From: Octopus sinensis | Lineage: Eukaryota | Assembly: GCF_006345805.1 (NCBI RefSeq) | Contig: NC_043014.1 | Coordinates: 35,030,001-35,094,000 of the forward strand | Direction: 5' to 3' | Length of the DNA stretch: 64,000 bases | Shown here: positions 48,864 through 61,905 of the stretch, one piece after another | How the letters are laid out: each line of letters starts with the position of its first letter | Numbering within the stretch: the stretch's first letter is position 1 | Notes under the pieces: generated by a model | Databases searched by the model: none | What the model was told of the DNA's origin: nothing | Seen by the model: the letters and a program-made list of their open reading frames with translations, nothing else | Made by a program: the position numbers and the translations under genes

Positions 48864-50544
48864 TCCTGTTGACACTAAAATAAGAATTTTCAATAAATAC
48901 TTATGAAATGCCTTTACATTGCATTTCTGATGTCATCCCACCTAGTGAACGATTTGAAAGCCCTTAAAAGTAAAATTATATTGTATGTAAGTTCGCATTT
49001 AGTTGGTTTTATTCAATCACATAAAAAAAAGTCTGTCAGCTTCTTCTGGCACAGACCTTTCCTCATCTTAATCTGTGTCTGCCTGAGCAGGTTCTTCAGG
49101 TGCATGGTGTAGACTGGGTCATAATCTTCACACTCAGTGTATTCTATAAGCCACTTGAGGTGTGAGACAGCCCCTGTGTGCATATTGGCTGGGGCTGCTG
49201 TCTCTGCTTCCTCTGTATCATCTTAATCTGCTCCACAATCTGGGTGTCTGTCAGTGTCTCTGTTGTGAGCATGGCTTCCTCTGCTTCCTGCCAGCTGTTA
49301 ACCCAGGTGATCCTCTAGATGCTGTTCTGGTCTCCTCCTCAGTGAATCCTATGAATTCCTCTTTTTCTGGCTCTAGCTCTGGCTGTTGGAAGACTGCACT
49401 AAGGGCCTTGTTCCAGCATTTGGCTATGGTCTTAGTTGACACTGCAGCCCAGGCTCTGCCTGACAAGTAACTGGCATCCTTGATGGTAAGCTGTTTCAGA
49501 TTGTCTGGAACACTAAGCAGAGATTCTATCACTTCCAGGATGAGCTCCTTCGTGTAAGTGATTTTGAAGGCCTGAATGATGCCAGCATCACAGGGCTGTA
49601 TTTTGCTGGTTGTATTTTTGGGTAGAGAACTTTGATCTGGCCATCTCTGGTCCGTAGGATGTCTCCCTGTGGGTGGATGGAGCAGTTATCTAGCAGGAGA
49701 ATAGCTTTCTCAGGTAGGTTGAGGCTCATAACACTAGGGACAAATGACTTGAAGAACCATTCTTCAAATATGCTGGCTGAGTGTTTGTAAAACTCTGGTA
49801 CATTGTTCATGTTTACATGGTGGAAGCACCTAGGTGATCAAAACTTGTTCACAACCAAGTGTTTAAGCTTGTGGGTGCCTGTCCCATTGTAGGCAAAGAG
49901 GATGGTGAGTCTGTTCTTTGCCTGTTAATAGCCCAAGGTCTTATGAGCATCTGTTGTTTGATAGCATCTTCCAGTAGAGGCCAGACTCATCTGATTTCTA
50001 CAGTTGTTCTGGGATGAAGGACTCTGCTTCCATATACTGCTTCAGAGTAGCTGGTAAGTCATCTGCAGCTTGGCTGTCTGCTGATCTCTGCTCCCCACTG
50101 ATCTTGACAGCACCTATACCATGGTGCTTCTGGAACCTGTACAACCACCCTTTGCTGGCTAGAAAGGTCTGCTGGTCAGGTTGCTCTAGATGCAGCTGGC
50201 TATGAAACTTCTCTGCCTGGATTCTGATAATGGCACCTGATGTGGATAAGGGGGGGGGGGTGCTGCCACTCTGCTCCTGGACAAACCAGGTGAAAACTTC
50301 TTTCTCAAGTTCACTGTCAGTGGCAGTCCTGGCTTTATTCCTAGCTATGCCCTAACTGTCCACAACTGTATTTACATAACTCCTGAGGTCAGTCTCATCC
50401 TTAACCCAACCATGCAGGGTGGACTCTGGAACACCAGTCTCTCTCGATAGTTTGGCTTTCATTCTGCCATTTCATATGCAGTCAACCAGTTTTAACTTTT
50501 ACTTTACAGAATAGGATTTCCTCTTAGGCACTGTGTATTCGTAT

Positions 50545-50938
50545 ACTCTTTTACTTGTTTCAGTCATTTTGACTGCAGCCATGCTGGAGCACTGCCTTTA
50601 GTTGAGCAAATCAACACCAGGACTTATTCTTTGTAAGCCTAGTACTTATTCTATCAGTCTCTTTTGTCAAACCGCTAAGTTACGGGGATGTAAACACACC
50701 AGCATTGGTTGTCAAGCGATGTTGGGGAGAACACACACGCACAAACATATACACACGTACATATATATATACATAACGGACTTCTTTCAGTTTCCGTCTA
50801 CCAAATCCACTCACAAGGCTCTGGTTGGCCTGAGGCTATAGTAGAAGACACTTGCCGAAGGTGCCATGCAGTGGGACTGAACCCGGAACCATGTGGTTGG
50901 TAAGCAAGCTACTTACCACACAGCCACTCCTGTGCCTA
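50545..50938 (-). mobile_element. SINE family B nested in the Tigger relic (other copies at about 5598-5968, 10625-10888, 28878-29071, 45700-45949, 52165-52830)
   Basis: Same consensus. Confidence 0.85.
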
Positions 50939-52826
50939 CATCAAATTTCTTTTAAATATCTGCAAGATAGCTTGAAATTGTAATGGATGAAGTGGAATAT
51001 GGTCTCCCCCTAATATAAATTGTACCTCCAGGGTGTTAATTACTTCCTTTAAATATTAATTTGTTTGACTCATTCGAACCCTTTGATCGGCGGAAGCTTC
51101 TTCAAACAATCCAATCAAACTGTGGAAAACAAACTGTCAAACGCGCTCACCAGTCAAAAAGATGTTGTTTTCATCACAAAATCACAGAAATTATGCACAC
51201 AAAAATGTAATTAGCATCCAATTACATGGTAACCAATTGCAATTTTTCAAGCTGTTGATTAAAGTATGCATTTCATTGGAATTTGCTGACATTCTGCTTT
51301 TAGTCAAGGTTTTTGCAAGTTGTGAGCAATAAGAGGGAAATTCTGCTTCAAATTATTTGGCGTCCATCAAACCACCAGTGTCATATGTAGGGATGCGGTA
51401 TAGTGAGACGCCTTATACAGAGGGAGCACTGTACATATATATATGTATATTAAGGTGAATGGCTTATCTCTCTCGGAGAGGCACAGAGCAGCTATGCGCA
51501 CACATACACATGGCAGTAACTTCCACCTACCAAATTCAATTACAAAGCTTCGTTTGGCCCAGGGCTATAGCAGAAGACACTTGCCCAAAGTGCCATGCGG
51601 TGGGACTGAACCTGAAACCATGTAGCTAGGAAGCAAGCTCCCTGACCACACAGCCATGCCCGCGGTGGATAGGGATATTAGGTTCATAATAGTAAGGTCA
51701 TGAGTTCAATTCCTGGCAGTGCATTGTGTTATTGAGCAAAATACTTTATTCCACATTGCTCCAGTCCACTCAACTGGTGAAAATGAGTTGTACCTCTAAT
51801 TCAAAGGGCAAGCCTTGTCACACTCTGTGTCACTATGAATCTCCCTGAGAACCATATTAAAGATATGTGTGTCTGTGGAGCACTCAGCCACTCGTATGTT
51901 AATTTCTTGAGCAGGTTGTTTGCTTGATTGGATTTTATTATCACTGTGCTATCAAGATGGTGAGCTGGCAGAATCGTTAGCATGCTGGATGAAATGCTTA
52001 GTGGTATTTCGTCTGCTGATATGTTCTGAGTTCAAATCCTGCTGAGGTTGACTTTGCTTTTTATCCTTTCAGGGTTGATAAATTAAGTACCAGTTGTGCC
52101 AGAATCATTATTGAGTTGGATAAAATACTTAGCACCCTTTATTTTTTTTTATCTTATACTTGTTTTAAGTCTTTAGACTGTGGCCATGCTGGGGCACCAC
52201 CTTGAAGAATTTTAGTTAAATGAATTGACCCCAGTACTCACTTTTTAATTAAAACTTGGTACTTATTCTATTGGCCCCTTTTGTGAAACTAGTAAGTTAC
52301 GGGGACATAAACACACCAATACCAGTTGGTAAGTGGTAATAGGGGACAAACACAACCCGCCCCACCACATACACACATATATACGACAGGTTCCTTTCAG
52401 TTTCTGACTACCAAATCCACTTATAAGGTTTTGGATGACTTGAGGCTATAATAGGTGCCATGCATTGGGACTGAACCCAGAACCATGTAGCTGGAAAGCA
52501 AATTCTTATCAAACAGCCACGCCTTAAAATACATTGTACACATTCAAAGAACCTTCTTGATTTAGTGGTACAAAATGTTCTTCTGGTATTCTTTTATTCT
52601 TTTACATGTTTTAGTCATTTGACAGTGGCTGTGCTGGAGCACTGCCCTTTAGTCGAAGAAATTGCCCCCTGGACTTATTACTCATAAACCTGGTGTTTAT
52701 TCTATCATCAGACTTTTCTGCTGAACTGCTAAATTACGGGGTCGCAAACACACCGACATTGGTCGTCAAGTGATGGTGGTGGGATAAACACAGACACAAA
52801 CACACACATAAATATACACATATATA

Positions 52827-52876
52827 CAGTAGTATCTTGGTTTTCGAACAAATCTGATCGCAAATAAATCATGCTT

Positions 52877-52914
<38 letters not shown>

Positions 52915-52964
52915 AAGCATGATTTATTTGTGATCAGAGGTGTTCGTAAACTGAGGTACTACTG
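52827..52964. mobile_element. Palindromic Tc1/pogo-type MITE (138 bp) with central (TA)n
   Basis: TA TSDs; TIR CAGTAGTA..T..GTTT.CGAAC; inner arms CTGATCGCAAATAAATCATGCTTTATA and its reverse complement. Confidence 0.8.
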
Positions 52965-53042
52965 TATTAAATGAATATGAGAAAGACAGGAGATAAAGTA
53001 CAATTATTCATGATCAGAGTTGTTTGAAAATCGAGGTTCTAT

Positions 53043-53075
<33 letters not shown>

Positions 53076-53167
53076 GTGTGTATATATAATATAATATATA
53101 TATATAATATATATATGTGTATATATAATATAATCTATATATATATATAATATATATATATATAATA

Positions 53168-53208
<41 letters not shown>

Positions 53209-54789
53209 ATGGGCTTCTTTCATTTTCTGTCTACCAAATACACTCACAAGGTTTTGATCAGCTCTAGGCTATAGTAGCAGACACTCTATAAAGCATAGAG
53301 TTGAATTTTGTGTAGCCTCTTGTTGGCAGCTTTTCTTCTCCACTCATTTTGTATGAGTATTACCCATTTTTCTGGGCTCCTTTCACAGCTACACCCACTT
53401 TGAAATTTACATTATTCTTTGTGTGAAAAATACAAAAAGAAAGGGAGTGGAGCTTGTTTGTAGTTTGTAGAGGTACCTGAAAAAAAAAGCATGGTCTTTC
53501 TCACCAACTAAAAGACATGAAGAACTATCAAACATGGCAAATAAGTACCGGGGGAAAGGGAAAGAAGAGAGAACTAACACTCGATCCTTCTAGAACTCTC
53601 AGAATGGAAACCTAAACACCTGAAAGACTTTCTCTCTGTTCCTTACTAATTCTCTTTCCCTCTTCTTCATTGTTAAAAGTAAAAAAAGCTAGAAAAAAAT
53701 CGATCATATTCCAGTGTAATCGTCATTTTAAATGATTGAGGCTTTCCTTTCCCTGTTTCTATTGCTTCACTCCTTTTCTCTATGGTCAAGAGAGTGAGGG
53801 TGCGTGGCTCAGTGGTTAGGGGAATCATAAGGTCACCAGAACGATTCCTGGTGGTGTGCTGTGTTCTTGAGCAAGGCACTCTACTTCACCTTGCTACAGT
53901 CCACTCAGCTAGCAAAATTGAGTTGTAGCTGTACTTGAAAGGGACCAGCCTTGTCACATTCTGTGTGAGGCTGAATCTCCCTGAGAACTACATTAATGGT
54001 ATGCATGTCTGTGGAGTACTCAGCCACTTGTGCATTAATTTTACGAGCAGACTGTTCTGTTGATCAGATAAACAGGAACCGCATTGTTGTAATTGATGGA
54101 GTGCCATTTTTTAAAACGAGTGAAAGAAAAGGAAATGTTCCATATCGTAAGGCAAAAATGTCATGTGTTTAGCTTAAGCAGTGAAAGCTAGGACGAAATG
54201 ATTGCTATTCCATCATGTAGTGACTTCGCCCTCAACTCATGCTCAGTTTGATAACAACAGCCTGTGCATTGGTGTTTATCTGGGGGCTTGGCCTCCAGAT
54301 CTGTGAGACCCACAAAAGCTGATGTTAGGACCAGATTAACACCCATAGTGACCCTAATGACTAAACATTTTCCTGCCCCTATATAGGATCTATTTTCGCT
54401 TTCTTCCAACCACTTGAAGATTTGCCTTGCTCCAGTTCACTCAGCTGGCAAAAATGAGTTGTAGCTGTACTTGAAAGGGGCCAGCCTTGTCACATTCTGT
54501 GTGAGGCCGAATTTCCCAGAGTACTATGTTAGTGGTATGCATGTCTGTGGAGTACTCAACCACTTGTGCGTTAATTTCATGATATGCATGTCAGCCACTT
54601 GTGCGTTAATGAAAAGTGAAAGTGACATCCAGCATTTGCTGTCGTTATTTTCTTTGATTTAACAATGTGTTTATGTATCAACTTTTCTTTTGATGTATGT
54701 ATCTACTTTTCTTTCAATGTATGTATCTGTCTACTCTGAAAATACTGATAAACATTTAAAAACTCAAAATGAACGCCACCTTCCTTTCA

Positions 54790-55135
54790 GTCACCACTCA
54801 CCACAACATCATAAGCGGAAAGTGTAACCTCTCGAAAGAGCTGTTCTTCACTCCTGCTCCAGAGCGTTGGCTGCGGGGTCATTCCGAAAAGCTCTACCTG
54901 CGACGATTTCATCTCAATCGAAGGAGAGGAGCTTTCTCCGTCCGGGTTGCGGATCCGTGGAACAAGCTGCCAGACGAGATGGTGAAGATGCCGACGACCG
55001 CTTTGTTCAAAGTCTCCCTTGACCTCAAGTGGCCTGAACTCTTTACATGAACACCACCCTGTACTTAACTCCATGTCCCCCTACATGGCCTTGCTATTTG
55101 CTTTTGAGCCAAATTAACTAACTAACTAACTAACT
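54790..55135 (+). mobile_element. 5'-truncated CR1-like LINE, second subfamily
   Basis: LRGHSEKL..FSVRVADPWNKLP..FKVSLD; tail (TAAC)n. Confidence 0.8.
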
Positions 55136-55499
55136 GTCTCTTTCTGTCTCACTTCCTCTCTTTCCCTCCTTTCTCCCGCTTTTGATTTAACAATGTGTGT
55201 ATGTACTATGTATGTATCTATTTTTCTTTTGATGCATGCATCAGTCTACTCTGAAAATACTGATAAACATTTAAAAACAAAAATAGGAATGCCACCTTCC
55301 TTTCACTCACTGCTTACTATCTCTCTCACTTCCTCACTGTCCCTCCTCTCTCCTGCTTTGCCACTCACTTCCACTATACCTCCTCTGCTTAACACCTTTT
55401 ATTTCTCTTTTTCTTTGTACCTCTCCCTTCAACCTTTTAACTCTTCCGTTGAAGTAAGTGTGACACACACCACAGGTACATAGGTATGTACGTAAAAAA

Positions 55500-56680
55500 A
55501 AACAAAAGTTAGCATATTCATATTTATAATAATTAAAAAGTGGGGACAGAAAGTAGATATATAAGTTAAGTAAAGAAAGACAATAGTGAAGGCTAAAGTA
55601 CATGCACACATGCAGAGTACACAGAATTAAACAAAAAATGATTGAAAAGTGAACATTGGAAGAGTCATGAAGAAAGGGTGCATTACACATGTTGGGAGTA
55701 GGGTTGGAGAATTTTGGGAAGCATGGAATTTTTGAAGGAAGCAATCACTAACATTTTTGTTACTTGTAACTAAATTCCAAGCAAGTAAAGTGAAATAGCA
55801 ACAAGTAGGACACAAAATGTTGCATTCGACCTGACTTATTCTTACAATGATAATCAAGTTAAGGTGTCCTAGCTAAATGACTCATGGAGAAAAAATTTTG
55901 CAACTTTCACAACAAAGGGAGATAATTTAAAAAGAACAATAATTTCAGAAAATTAAGTTTACTGGCTTAGGGGAAATTATGAGTTCTGTTTGTAGGTGAA
56001 GGGAGATAACTATTGACATGTTTTAGTCTTGTTATACCTCATCAGTCTAATCAAGCCTTTTTGGTTAGAAAAAGTTCTGACTAGTTCTAATTTATGTAGC
56101 TGAAAAAATGACTCAAGATTAGTGACAGGCAATATACTGAATGAAATATGGGCGCAATATTAATATTTGGAGTTTTGGATGAGGCACTTATACCTTATGG
56201 GAAGCGAAAAGGTCTCATTCAATGGTATTTACGATTCTGAATCAATCTTTGATGGAATTTCAGAATAGCTATCACTGTCTTATGGGGGAACAGAGAGGAC
56301 AAGGAATTAGCCATGAAAATTTTGGAATCACAATTCCTGTTGTATGAAACACAGGAACTCAAAAACACTGAAGGACAAAATATAAAAAAAAGAAGCCCAC
56401 TTGATTCTTTGCATTTTTCCTTCCCCATGGGGCATGGATAGATATTCTGAAACACCACTCCATTTTTTTTTATACAAAACTTTTAGTTCTTCTACATTCT
56501 CAGTCCTTCTGTAAACATTTCCCCGCAGAATTCTGGTTTAAGAACCCCATATGGGGTTATGTCAAAAGACATAACACCACGTCTAAAATTGAGATTAGTG
56601 AATTGTTATACTATGCTAATCGTTGTCTTAGTGGGGCAGAATTATGGTTTAAGCACCACATATAAGCCCTCATAACTTAC
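55500..56680 (-). mobile_element. Possible highly decayed Penelope-like remnant
   Basis: Weak peptide resemblance (LSSLFPHK..LKFHQR) and a decayed CUGAUGA..AAAACAUGUC motif near 56.0 kb; boundaries uncertain. Confidence 0.25.
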
Positions 56681-56692
56681 TTATTATTTTTT

Positions 56693-56951
56693 GGATCTTT
56701 TCCTTTTGATGGACGGAATTTTCTAGTTAACTAAACAATTTGAAACTTCGTATACTGATAGAATGTGTCAAAAGAAAACATCTCAAATGCTAGGATTTCA
56801 TTGGTTAAAATTCGAATCATTAAACTACGTTAAACTTAGAAATTACAATTTTGTTTACAATAATGTTTTCTTTTGACACATTCTACCAGTATACGAAGTT
56901 TCAAATTTTTTAGTTAACTAGAAAATTCCGTCCATCAAAAGGAAAAGATCC
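56693..56951. repeat. Fold-back element, 89-bp arms (87/89)
   Basis: 56693-56781 versus 56863-56951. Confidence 0.9.
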
Positions 56952-58450
56952 TATTTTTTTTTAAAATTTTCTGAAAATGTTTGTGAATTTGTTCTACACA
57001 TGGAAATTCATACGATTATGAAAAAAAAAAAAAAAAAAAAAATTTTTTTAACCACTCCTCTTCCTCCATAAATTCTAAATTTCACTATTTCTAAAAAAAA
57101 AAAAATGGACAGTTTAAAAAAAATATGACAGTTTAAATTTCTTAGTTAAATCAAAGTGATGGACCACACTCGGTCCATTATTTTAATAACACCAAGGTAG
57201 AGTTAACAACAGGATGCGTATCAACAATGTGTACGGACACTCATGTACTTACTAGACCAGTACATATGAGTGATTTGTACATCAATAAAAAATACAGGCC
57301 TGAAATAGTTGTAGTGAACCTCAGCCTATTTCTGTTATATATATATATATATATCTTTTTAATTTTCTTGCGTGGAGGCTGGGCTTTATTTCATTAGCTA
57401 AAGTTGCGTAAATTTAAATGCTTCAAACTTCTTCATCGTCAATTTTACTAAAAATCGAATGCGACTGTCGTGTCAGCATGCATAACTACATCAGACTGGA
57501 AAATTTGAAAATGATGCTTTGAAAATTGAAAATATTCAAGTAGTTGGAGAAAACGATGTGTGTGTGTATGTGTGTTTGTACGTATATACACACACAAATA
57601 TAGTTATAACCTTACGAATTTTGCATATTCAGTAACCCTTTGCTGTAGTGGTTTATCAAATTTTAATATTTTTAGTCGCCGTTAACGAGATACAGACATA
57701 CCAAACAGGTTTTAAATCCAGTTTTTACACGCTTTATCTACTTCGAGAAGCACCATTCCAAATAAGAATTATATACACACATAGTTAAAATTTCCGTTAA
57801 CTGATAATCCACCGCCTAAAAATAAGTTTTTGATATACAAAAACAAAAACGGTCTATGATCGCGGTTGATCGTAAGATTGCGCACCTGTTTTGGTTTCAA
57901 GTTTATATATCAAATGTACGTAGTTATGTATGATTGCCGCCATATATATGTATATATATATATATAACTAAAAATAAGGGTGTCTGAGAGACACCACCAT
58001 GCTGAAATAGCAGTCAAATCCTTGACTCTAAGAACCACCTTAAATGTTCATATCGCACCATAAGATAAGATAGAGGGACAAAATAGACTAGCAAAAAGAT
58101 ATTACTGAATAATTCAAGAATAATTTAAATATCGATATTATCCTTATTTAAATATATATATATATGTGCGCACACACACATATACACACACAAACACACG
58201 TAACTTAAGTTTAACAGTAATTTCTGATACTGCGAAAAACGGCAAAAACAAAGCAAAAAGAAAATAAACAAGAAGAGGAAAGAGCAGTGATAGAATGTAT
58301 TGGCCAAAGAGGAAAAGAAAGTTGAGCAAGAATACGTTATGTACGTAATAGGAGACAAAAATCTAAGAACTCACTAGATCTCCGAATATGAAAACAATTG
58401 TAGATGAATATTGAATTCAAAACGCAAGGGAAACTACTCTATTCTAATTT

Positions 58451-58473
58451 AGGCGTGGCTATCACGTGATTGG
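58451..58473 (-). promoter_or_regulatory. Candidate promoter module (CCAAT + E-box TCACGTGA + GC/KLF-like GCCACGCC), possibly the copine promoter
   Basis: Minus strand reads CCAATCACGTGATAGCCACGCC; CG dinucleotides are visibly more frequent from about 57.3 to 58.9 kb; copine coding exon 1 has a splice acceptor and so needs an upstream exon. The link is inference. Confidence 0.35.
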
Positions 58474-58952
58474 TTTCTAAACTGGTGCTCATGAATACGC
58501 GCCTCTGTGTGTCTGTATGCGATTCCGGTTATGTATGCAAATGTTTGTGTTTGCGTGTGTGTGCGAGTGTATATCTTTCTTTTCTTTTTTTATTAATCTT
58601 TTATTTGTTTCAGTCGTCATTAGATTGTGGCCACGGTGAAACCACTGCCTTGAAGAATTTGTAGTCTGATGAATCAAGCACTGTACTTATTTTTTTTAAA
58701 AGCCTGGTCTCTATTCTATCGAATGTTAAGGTCGCACCGCTAAGTTACGGGCACGTAATCACACCAACATCGGTTGTCAAGCAGTAGTCTCTCTCTCTCT
58801 CACACACACACACATTTTCGATTCAAACCAAGCCGTTCGCGATTGTCTATGGTACGAATTGACTTTTGATCTTACTACTCTAGTCACCAGTGTTCCTCTC
58901 ATCTTAAGCAAGGAGTTAGTATTACTCACACACACTTCCAGCATTTATACAT

Positions 58953-59188
58953 ATCTATTTCTTTACTACCCACAAGAGGCTAAACACAGAGAGGACTAAC
59001 AAGGACAGAAAAACGGATTAAGTCGATTATATCGACCCCAGTGGGTAACTGGTACTTAATTTATCGACCCCGAAAGGATGAAAGGCAAAGTCAACTTCGG
59101 CGGAATTTGAACTCAGAACGTAGCGGCAGACGAAATACGGCTACGCATTTCGCCGGGCGTGCTAACGTTTCTGCCAGCTCGCCGCCTT
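58953..59188 (-). mobile_element. SINE family A, young CpG-intact copy
   Basis: Same consensus with CpGs retained. Confidence 0.87.
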
Positions 59189-59659
59189 ACGCAACCGCTC
59201 CGGTTTTAAAATAACTTCCTCACCACCCTGTCATTCCACTTCTGTACCTTACCCCTTTAGGTTCTCACGGCCTTACTATCAAATGTATAATACTGGTGGC
59301 GGTGAAGTGGGACTTTTATTACTTGAATCCTGGCTTGCAGACCATTGACCATGGCAATCCATCTAAGGGACATAACTCTGATGGCCCACTCAGTGTTGTA
59401 CATTTTCATTTTCAGTTTGAAGCAATTTGGCAATATATTGGATGTTATAGAAAAATACAAGTAGATCAAACACCATACAACATAAATTCTTGATTTATTA
59501 CAATTATCTCCAAACCATGAGGAAATATAATATAATACAAAATGACAAGATCAGCCCTCACTTGCAAAAGGGAGATAATCTCAAGATTCATGGATTCTTC
59601 AAAGTTGACATACCATCAAGGAAAAGGAGGTTGTCTGGAGGTTAAAGGACAGCGGTGGA

Positions 59660-60535
59660 CACATACTACTGGCTAAAAAGCCGTCATCATCACGGCAATC
59701 GTTCAACTTTATCTGCGATTGCTAAGTGACTTAAACTAATTCAAAACAGAGCATAAGACATTCATGATCTATTTAGCACCATCATGGCATCTGAAGTGGC
59801 TTTTTAAACCAGACAATGTTCTGAAAAGACATCCACATAGACTGCACATCCGATTTGGACCACCAAGAGCTGCAGATAAGTTCTGCTCTTTGTGGATCTT
59901 AAAATGTCTCTTGAGGCCTCCGTAAGATTTGCAAACCTTCTGGCATACATTGAATTCAAAGGTGTGCACAGACTTATCGGCTGAATAGTTGGTGGAGGTT
60001 CGTTTTCCATGGGTTCGCAAATGAGATTTGAGCCCAGCATAAGACAAGCATGGTCTGTCACAAACTGTGCACACAAAAAAGGTCATTGTCATTCACCTTC
60101 TCGATCGTTACATTCTTCCTTAGATCTCTTTTGAGTTCTACATGCGTTATCCTGGCCTCTTCAAATACTTTCACTCCTTTCCACACTTTTGTCCGCCATC
60201 CAACTCGATCCGAAGCAAGGGTTTCTATGTCTTCTGGATCCATTCCAAGTGACTTCATAATAGTCCTTATGTCGTCCTTAAACCTTTTTTTAAGGTTTAC
60301 GCTGATAGTGTTTCTCCTCAGTAAGCTCACCATAAAGCAACTGTTTCGGTATGCGTTCATCCGCCATACGAACAATATGGCCACACCATCTCATTTCGTT
60401 CCTCAGAATCATAGATTTAATTGAGGTGATGCCTGCAGATGCAAGGACGTCTGTGTTTTGGAGTAAAAGAACCCCATTAAATGTTTGAAATGCGTTGAAG
60501 TCATTTTTGGTGGAATTGTTCTAACAATTTAAAAT
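59660..60535 (-). mobile_element. 5'-truncated RTE-clade LINE with three C-terminal C2H2 fingers
   Basis: RWCGHIVRMADERIPKQLLYGEL, KRFKDDIR..LASDRVGWR, then three C-x2-C-x12-H-x3-H repeats (the second lacks Cys1). Confidence 0.85.
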
Positions 60536-60538
60536 GCC

Positions 60539-60788
60539 TTTCGTAATAAGTCCATGTTTCACAAGAATACAACATACTTACATACATACATACATACATA
60601 CATATACATACATACATACATACATACATACATACATACGTACATGCATGCATGCATCCATCCATCCATCCATACATACATACTTACAAAAATACATACA
60701 TACATACATGCATGCATGCATGCATGTATCCATCCATCTATCTATCCATCCATACATACATACATACATACATACATACATACATACA

Positions 60789-60819
<31 letters not shown>

Positions 60820-60820
60820 G
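60539..60820 (+). repeat. (ATAC/ATCC/ATGC)n compound microsatellite
   Basis: Direct reading. Confidence 0.95.
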
Positions 60821-61150
60821 CGACTTTGTGTGTGTGTATGTGTATGTGCGTTTGTGTGTGTGGGTGGGTGTATGGGTGTGGATGGGTGTGTACGCGCGCT
60901 TGCGTGTGCGTATGCACAGTGATAGATTCGAGGTTTTCGTTTATTTACCAGCTGATTTCTTAATTTCACCTGAGTATAAATACCTAGGATGATGATAATT
61001 AAAAAAAAATTATGATTCAGGTCAATTAAAAAGCATGGGTAAGCAATGCATTGTAAGCCATACTATAATTTACGAAAAATTTATGTATATGCGTGCAAGG
61101 TATGCATCGCCGCTCCGATGCCTTTATTATTATTATCTATTATTATTATC

Positions 61151-61219
<69 letters not shown>

Positions 61220-61234
61220 CATCATCATCATCAT

Positions 61235-61892
61235 TCAGTAGTCTTATTTTCATCACGTGCTTTCACTGCGCTACCGAGCGCAGCTCTGAGCGTTGGGTAA
61301 GTGGTGTGGTTTGTTGTGGTGCTCTTATTTTTACCGTATTAAAAGTTTTTTTTTACGTAGGATGTGTGCGGTGCCTAGTACTGTTATTTTCTCTATGCTA
61401 TATATACTTGTGAGTCCCGGTGTTTTTGTTATGGATTTGTTTGAATGTTTTTATTTATCATACCTATTGCGCCCACTATGATAGGAATTGCTTCTGTTTT
61501 TAGACTCCACATTCGAGTTACCTCTATTTCCAGGTCTTGAAAGTTTCTCCATTTCTTTTAGAGAAACGTTGTCATCTGTTGGTATTGATGTATCAATTAC
61601 AAAGCATTTTTTTAATTGATTTTCTCTGACAACTATATCTAGCCAATTGCCCTTAATTTCTCTATCTGTGTGTATTGGCATATCCCAGAGTATGGTTGCT
61701 TTCTCATTTTCTGTGACCTTTTCTGGAGTGTACCTGTACCATCTTTTTTTCTGTCGTTATTGCATAGTGTTGGCATAGCTTCCAGTGTATGTGGGTCCTA
61801 ACTCTTTCGTGTCTGTGAATATATTCCTTCTTAGCCAGGATTGGGCAGCCAGGGACAATATGATTTATTGTTTCTTCTCCATCACCACATAT
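61235..61892 (-). mobile_element. R4/Dong-like 3' fragment (CCHC + RLE), decayed
   Basis: CGDGEETINHIV.GC..LAKKEYIHRH; DIVV..CFVID..IP; (TAA)n on both sides. Confidence 0.8.
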
Positions 61893-61905
61893 CATTATTA
61901 TTATT

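Larger units (their letters stand above)
48205..51431 (-). mobile_element. Tigger/pogo-type transposon relic with two nested SINEs
   Basis: TA-flanked imperfect TIRs CAATGTTCCCTCTCTATAATACG / CAGTGCTCCCTCTGTATAAGGCG (18/23); decayed ORF about 50530-49160 with KRKSYSVK, RLTILFAYNGTGTHKLK, AILLLDNCSIH, DAGIIQAFK, TIAKCWNKAL. Confidence 0.8.

Noticed and set aside
55995-56055. CUGAUGA..ACU-AAAA-CAUGUC on the minus strand
   Set aside because: GAAA and the stem II closing pair are mutated and stem I mismatched; at best a dead relic
58454-58473. ER-stress element (ERSE)
   Set aside because: Spacing is CCAAT-N10-CCACG; the canonical element needs N9
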